From assembly GCA_051013385.1 (NCBI GenBank), contig CP143273.1, forward strand, positions 1,504,001 through 1,568,000: a stretch of 64,000 nt of DNA, given 5' to 3'. Made by a program: the position numbers and the translations under genes. This DNA comes from Phormidium sp. (GTDB taxonomy: Bacteria; Cyanobacteriota; Cyanobacteriia; Cyanobacteriales; Aerosakkonemataceae). Below the pieces are notes generated by a model. The model was given only the letters and a program-made list of their open reading frames with translations. It was not told the origin of the DNA and did no database searches. Shown here in pieces: positions 60,341 to 64,000 of the stretch; the first letter of the stretch is position 1; every line of letters starts with the position of its first letter.

Positions 60341-61795
60341 CTAAAATGTCGGATGAATGCCCCCGTTACAGCGCAGCTTAACGGGGGATGAAATCCGACC
60401 AGCTAACTCAGAAGCGTAGCAACGATTTAATTCTACCATTCATGGGTAAAGCGTGTTAAACTAAGGCTAATCCAAGGTCGAGGACAAGTAGATGTTAGTT
60501 GTAGAAGCCAAGCTAAAAAACGGCACTCCAGAACAATACCAAAAGCTAGAAGAAGCCATCAGAACGGCGCAGTTCGTAAGAAACAAATGCGTGAAATATT
60601 GGATGGAGAACAAAGGAACCACAAGGAATGACCTACAGAAACTTTGTGCCGTTTTAGCCTCATATTCTACAACCCCTTGGGTAAACAAATTAAATTCACA
60701 AGCACGACAATCAAGTGCAGACCGAGCATGGAATTCCATTGCTCGGTTTTATGCTAACTGTCGGGATTCGTCAATTAAAAAGAAAGGCTTTCCTAAGTTC
60801 AAGAAGTTTAGTAGATCGGTAGAATATAAAACCACTGGCTACAAACTTTCTGATGATAGGAAACAAATCACCTTCACTGATGGATTCAAGGCAGGAACAT
60901 TTGACTTGTGGTGTTCGCAGAAAACCATCGTCTACTATTCAGAACAGCAAATTAAGCGGTTAAGAGTAGTAAGACGTGCTGATGGCTATTACTGTCAATT
61001 TGTGATTGACCATGAGCGGGAAGAGAAACACGAGTTCACTGGCTCTGTGGTGGGAATTGATTTAGGACTTAAGGAGTTTTATACCGATTCCAATGGCAAC
61101 ACAGTAGAAAATCCTCGCTTTTCCCGTAAAACAGAAAAACGCTTGAGAAAAGCCCAACGTAGGCTATCTAAGCGTTATAAAAGAGGTCAAAAACAATCAG
61201 CTAATTATCACAAGCAACGGCAAAAAGTTGCCTTATTACACTTAAAAGTTTCTCGACAACGTAAAGACAGAAGCATTAAAGACGCTCTGGCGTTAGTCCA
61301 ATCTAATGATTTGGTAGTCTATGAAGCTTTGAAAGTGTCTAATTTGGTGAAAAATCACAAGCTAGCGAAAAGCATCAGCGATGCTTCTTGGTATCAGTTC
61401 ATCCAATGGGTAAATTATTTCGCCAAGATTCATAAGATAACTTGCATCGCTGTACCACCACAATTCACGACGATTGATTGTTCAGTTTGTGGGGCAAAGG
61501 TTTATAAGACTTTGAGTACTAGAACTCATCAATGCCCCTACTGTAAAACAGTTTTAGATCGGGATTGGAACGCAGCAATTAATATTTTGAAAAAAGGGTT
61601 GAAATACTTAGGGGAATACCTTAACGGTACTGTTGGGCAAACAGGAACCGACCTAAACGACTGGGGAGAATCCGACCTATGGGTCTTCAATAGAGATATT
61701 GAGGATTTAAGTCGTTTCGTTGAACCAGTAATCCCAAGAAGTGATTCTGGGAGAATCCCCCGTCACAGCGAAGCTTGACGGTGGGAGTATGTCAA
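60341..61795 (+). mobile_element. tnpB-only IS200/IS605-family element (IS1341-like)
   Basis: Left hairpin CCCCCGTTACAGC-GCA-GCTTAACGGGGG; right GAAT-CCCCCGTCACAGC-GAA-GCTTGACGGTGGG...TCAA; no tnpA; left boundary inferred after TTAC at 60337-60340. Confidence 0.85.
60492..61778 (+). CDS. tnpB: RNA-guided endonuclease TnpB
   Basis: RuvC D (GIDLG), E (VVYEAL), D (DRDWNAA); zinc finger CSVC..CPYC. Confidence 0.95.
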   Translation: MLVVEAKLKNGTPEQYQKLEEAIRTAQFVRNKCVKYWMENKGTTRNDLQKLCAVLASYSTTPWVNKLNSQARQSSADRAWNSIARFYANCRDSSIKKKGFPKFKKFSRSVEYKTTGYKLSDDRKQITFTDGFKAGTFDLWCSQKTIVYYSEQQIKRLRVVRRADGYYCQFVIDHEREEKHEFTGSVVGIDLGLKEFYTDSNGNTVENPRFSRKTEKRLRKAQRRLSKRYKRGQKQSANYHKQRQKVALLHLKVSRQRKDRSIKDALALVQSNDLVVYEALKVSNLVKNHKLAKSISDASWYQFIQWVNYFAKIHKITCIAVPPQFTTIDCSVCGAKVYKTLSTRTHQCPYCKTVLDRDWNAAINILKKGLKYLGEYLNGTVGQTGTDLNDWGESDLWVFNRDIEDLSRFVEPVIPRSDSGRIPRHSEA

Positions 61796-61801
61796 TCCCA
61801 T

Positions 61802-64000
61802 TCAATCCCATTCTCTCTCTTCAAGTTCCTTCTGCGGCAGCAATAAAGTGGCTTCAATTTCTTGGCGAATCGTCGCCGTCACTTCACAATTACTACGCAG
61901 ACAATCGAGTAGGAGTTGATTGGCATCGTAGTAGCGTTGCAGGACTTGTTGTTGCTCAGGGCTAAATTGCCAGGAATGGTTAGTATTTCGATAGTTGACG
62001 ATCGTCTGCCTTAACTGTTCCACCCAGATAGGATACTGTGTTCGCCACCAGTCCTGAAACCTTTCCCGGCTTTGAGAAGAAGGTGGGAGTTCCCCCCGGA
62101 GTTGTTCTAAGGACTTGTAGAATCCGGCATCGAGAACCATCGCTAGAATGTTGGTGAGAGCCTCACTACAAGCATTTGTATGAGCAAACTCTGGACTGCG
62201 CTCGATCGCAAACTCCCGCAGCAAGCTATCCAACGCCGCATCTAAAAGCATTCCCTGGTCGAGACTGTTGGCTAAAGTAAACTGAGCAGCTGTGCGAGGT
62301 GACTGGGCAAGGGCAAGGTAAAAAGCTCTTGTTGTGGCAACTTTTGGTTCGGTTGGAATCGTCCGAGATTTTTGGCTTGCCCAGAGCAAAAACTCTTGTA
62401 AATAAGAGTCTTGAGCGACTAAAGCATCAATTTGTTGCTTCATTAACTGCACCAGAGAATCTGCACTTCGCAGCATGGCAACCGTCAACAGAAATACTTC
62501 CCGCCAGTGAGGATCTGTAATGTGGCTCACCAATCCGCCCAAAGCTTGCTCTAATCCCTGGAGATTATGACTGGCAACGATTTGGCGTGCGGTGAAGTAT
62601 TCCTGAAACACTAAATAGGAGAAGGAAAATATTCCCCTTGCTCGTTCGGTGAGTAGCCCATGTTGAGTTTCGATCGCTTTGAGAACTTCTTCACTTTTAA
62701 CTTGTAGTTCCTCTGGTTCTAAGTTCATGTCGGGCAGATTTCGCAGATAATCGCCAATATATTGCTCAACAATGCGTTGCTCGAAAAAGTACTGCCCTCG
62801 CTCAAAGGTGACTGCGGCAAGTTGACTCAACAACCTGAGCTTTTGCGGGACTAAAAAATTTCGGTAAACAGTATCGCGTTCAACGCCTCTGGCTTCGTCC
62901 CATTTGCCCAGAAGCAAATCCAACCCTTGTTTATAAAAGTCAGTCCGCTTGGTGGGAAATTTATCTTGACCGTGAAACACCCAACAGGCAAGATGCAGAA
63001 ACAGAGGCGTGACAATCAGTTGGCGAAACTGCCGATTTTCCGGTAAGTCTAACTTTTCGATAAACTGAACGGACTGTGCTTGCCCAGATTCACTGTTGGT
63101 TTTAGTGAATGCCACGAACCATTTTTGCGCGAAAGCGACGATTTGAGCTTGGGTAAATGGCGCAATTTCCACATCGGTAAAGCCTCGTAGTTGAAGCTTT
63201 CGCGCTGCGGTGCGACAAGTGGCGACAACCCGATTTTTGTGATATTTGTCCGAAAAGTTGCGAATTTCTCTTAAAACTGCGGTGCTGTCCCGCTTGAGTA
63301 CTTCATCCATCCCATCCAGCAACAGCAGGACTCTGCCAGCTTGCAGCAAGGTTTCAATCGCAGAGGGGTTGAAAATTCCAGAGGTGTTAAAAGCGTCACG
63401 AATGTAATTTAACAGCGTCAAGTTGCCGCTATTCCTAGACTCTTGGGCAAAATCTCTCAGCGAGATAAAGATCGGCACTTGATTGGCGGCAAACTCGCCT
63501 CGGTTACAGGCAATGGCTAGATGTTGCAAAAAGGTGGTTTTGCCAACTCCGGCTTTACCCAGCACTCTGAGTTTGGAGTAGGTTTCCACTGCCTGCATCC
63601 CTGGTATTTGTTTTTCGGCAATCTCTCCTAAACCAAAGCGATCGAATTCTGCACGCCCCAAATTTCGTAGGTTGTTGATATCCAGCGACTTTTGGCTGAC
63701 AATTTCTTCCAAAAGATTGACATCTATATATATGTCGTCAATGTTGACTGGACGACTAATGTCTAATAGTTGCAAGATGCCGCACTGGTGTTGAATTTTG
63801 TTTTGGTATTGCTGGCGCACCTGTTGCACTAAGGCATCAATATCCTGAATCGGAGTTTTAGCAAGCTCTCCAGGATCAGAGAATTCGGCTGGCGGATCGA
63901 TCGCAATCTCCCGCCAATCTAAGTCTAATATGGAACAAATGTCCTGAAAAACTTGCCGATCAACAGGTTGTCCGGTGAAAAATCGCCAAATTGGTTGTCT
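61802..64000 (-). CDS. NACHT-domain NTPase with probable N-terminal HTH (partial, start lies beyond window)
   Basis: Walker A GKAGVGKTT, Walker B LLLLDGMDEV, TCR, TPLFL, FQEYF; frame stays open to 64000 (RQPIWRFFTGQPVDRQVFQDICSILDLDW). Confidence 0.9.
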   Translation of the reverse strand, partial: RQPIWRFFTGQPVDRQVFQDICSILDLDWREIAIDPPAEFSDPGELAKTPIQDIDALVQQVRQQYQNKIQHQCGILQLLDISRPVNIDDIYIDVNLLEEIVSQKSLDINNLRNLGRAEFDRFGLGEIAEKQIPGMQAVETYSKLRVLGKAGVGKTTFLQHLAIACNRGEFAANQVPIFISLRDFAQESRNSGNLTLLNYIRDAFNTSGIFNPSAIETLLQAGRVLLLLDGMDEVLKRDSTAVLREIRNFSDKYHKNRVVATCRTAARKLQLRGFTDVEIAPFTQAQIVAFAQKWFVAFTKTNSESGQAQSVQFIEKLDLPENRQFRQLIVTPLFLHLACWVFHGQDKFPTKRTDFYKQGLDLLLGKWDEARGVERDTVYRNFLVPQKLRLLSQLAAVTFERGQYFFEQRIVEQYIGDYLRNLPDMNLEPEELQVKSEEVLKAIETQHGLLTERARGIFSFSYLVFQEYFTARQIVASHNLQGLEQALGGLVSHITDPHWREVFLLTVAMLRSADSLVQLMKQQIDALVAQDSYLQEFLLWASQKSRTIPTEPKVATTRAFYLALAQSPRTAAQFTLANSLDQGMLLDAALDSLLREFAIERSPEFAHTNACSEALTNILAMVLDAGFYKSLEQLRGELPPSSQSRERFQDWWRTQYPIWVEQLRQTIVNYRNTNHSWQFSPEQQQVLQRYYDANQLLLDCLRSNCEVTATIRQEIEATLLLPQKELEEREWD

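Larger units (their letters stand above)
1..64000. repeat. HIP1 octamer GCGATCGC, highly iterated in coding and non-coding DNA
   Basis: Many copies visible, e.g. near 1154, 4708, 7888, 10054, 10773, 11826, 15600; cyanobacterial hallmark. Confidence 0.95.

Overview
Chromosomal window of a filamentous cyanobacterium. This is inferred from very abundant HIP1 octamers (GCGATCGC), 7-8 nt STRR tandem repeats in many intergenic spacers, ndhL/ndhS/psb34 and a group I intron in tRNA-Leu(UAA). Most of it is housekeeping: hemF, mrp, rodA, ndhS, an antiporter, ABC-F, a Ski2-like helicase, thiG/thiO, cimA, a kinase/PP2C pair, rluE, trpA, ndhL, larC, a ycf29-type regulator and mraY. The most unusual block is 41.9-48.2 kb. 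Three adjacent, unrelated hydrolases (PhoD phosphatase, SGNH/GDSL esterase, S8 protease) each carry 3-7 copies of the same ~40-aa N-terminal repeat and show no recognisable signal peptide. A WGxxGxxG protein and two paralogous lipoproteins precede them. Mobile DNA comprises an intact tnpB-only IS200/IS605 element with both end hairpins, an orphan copy of its right-end hairpin 27 kb away, a truncated tnpB, and several MITEs in which different outer TIR pairs enclose shared inner REP-like palindromes. Two small genes absent from the ORF track were read by hand: psb34 and a 45-aa membrane protein with a strong RBS. No CRISPR array, rRNA or prophage was seen. All family calls come from motif recognition, not database searches.
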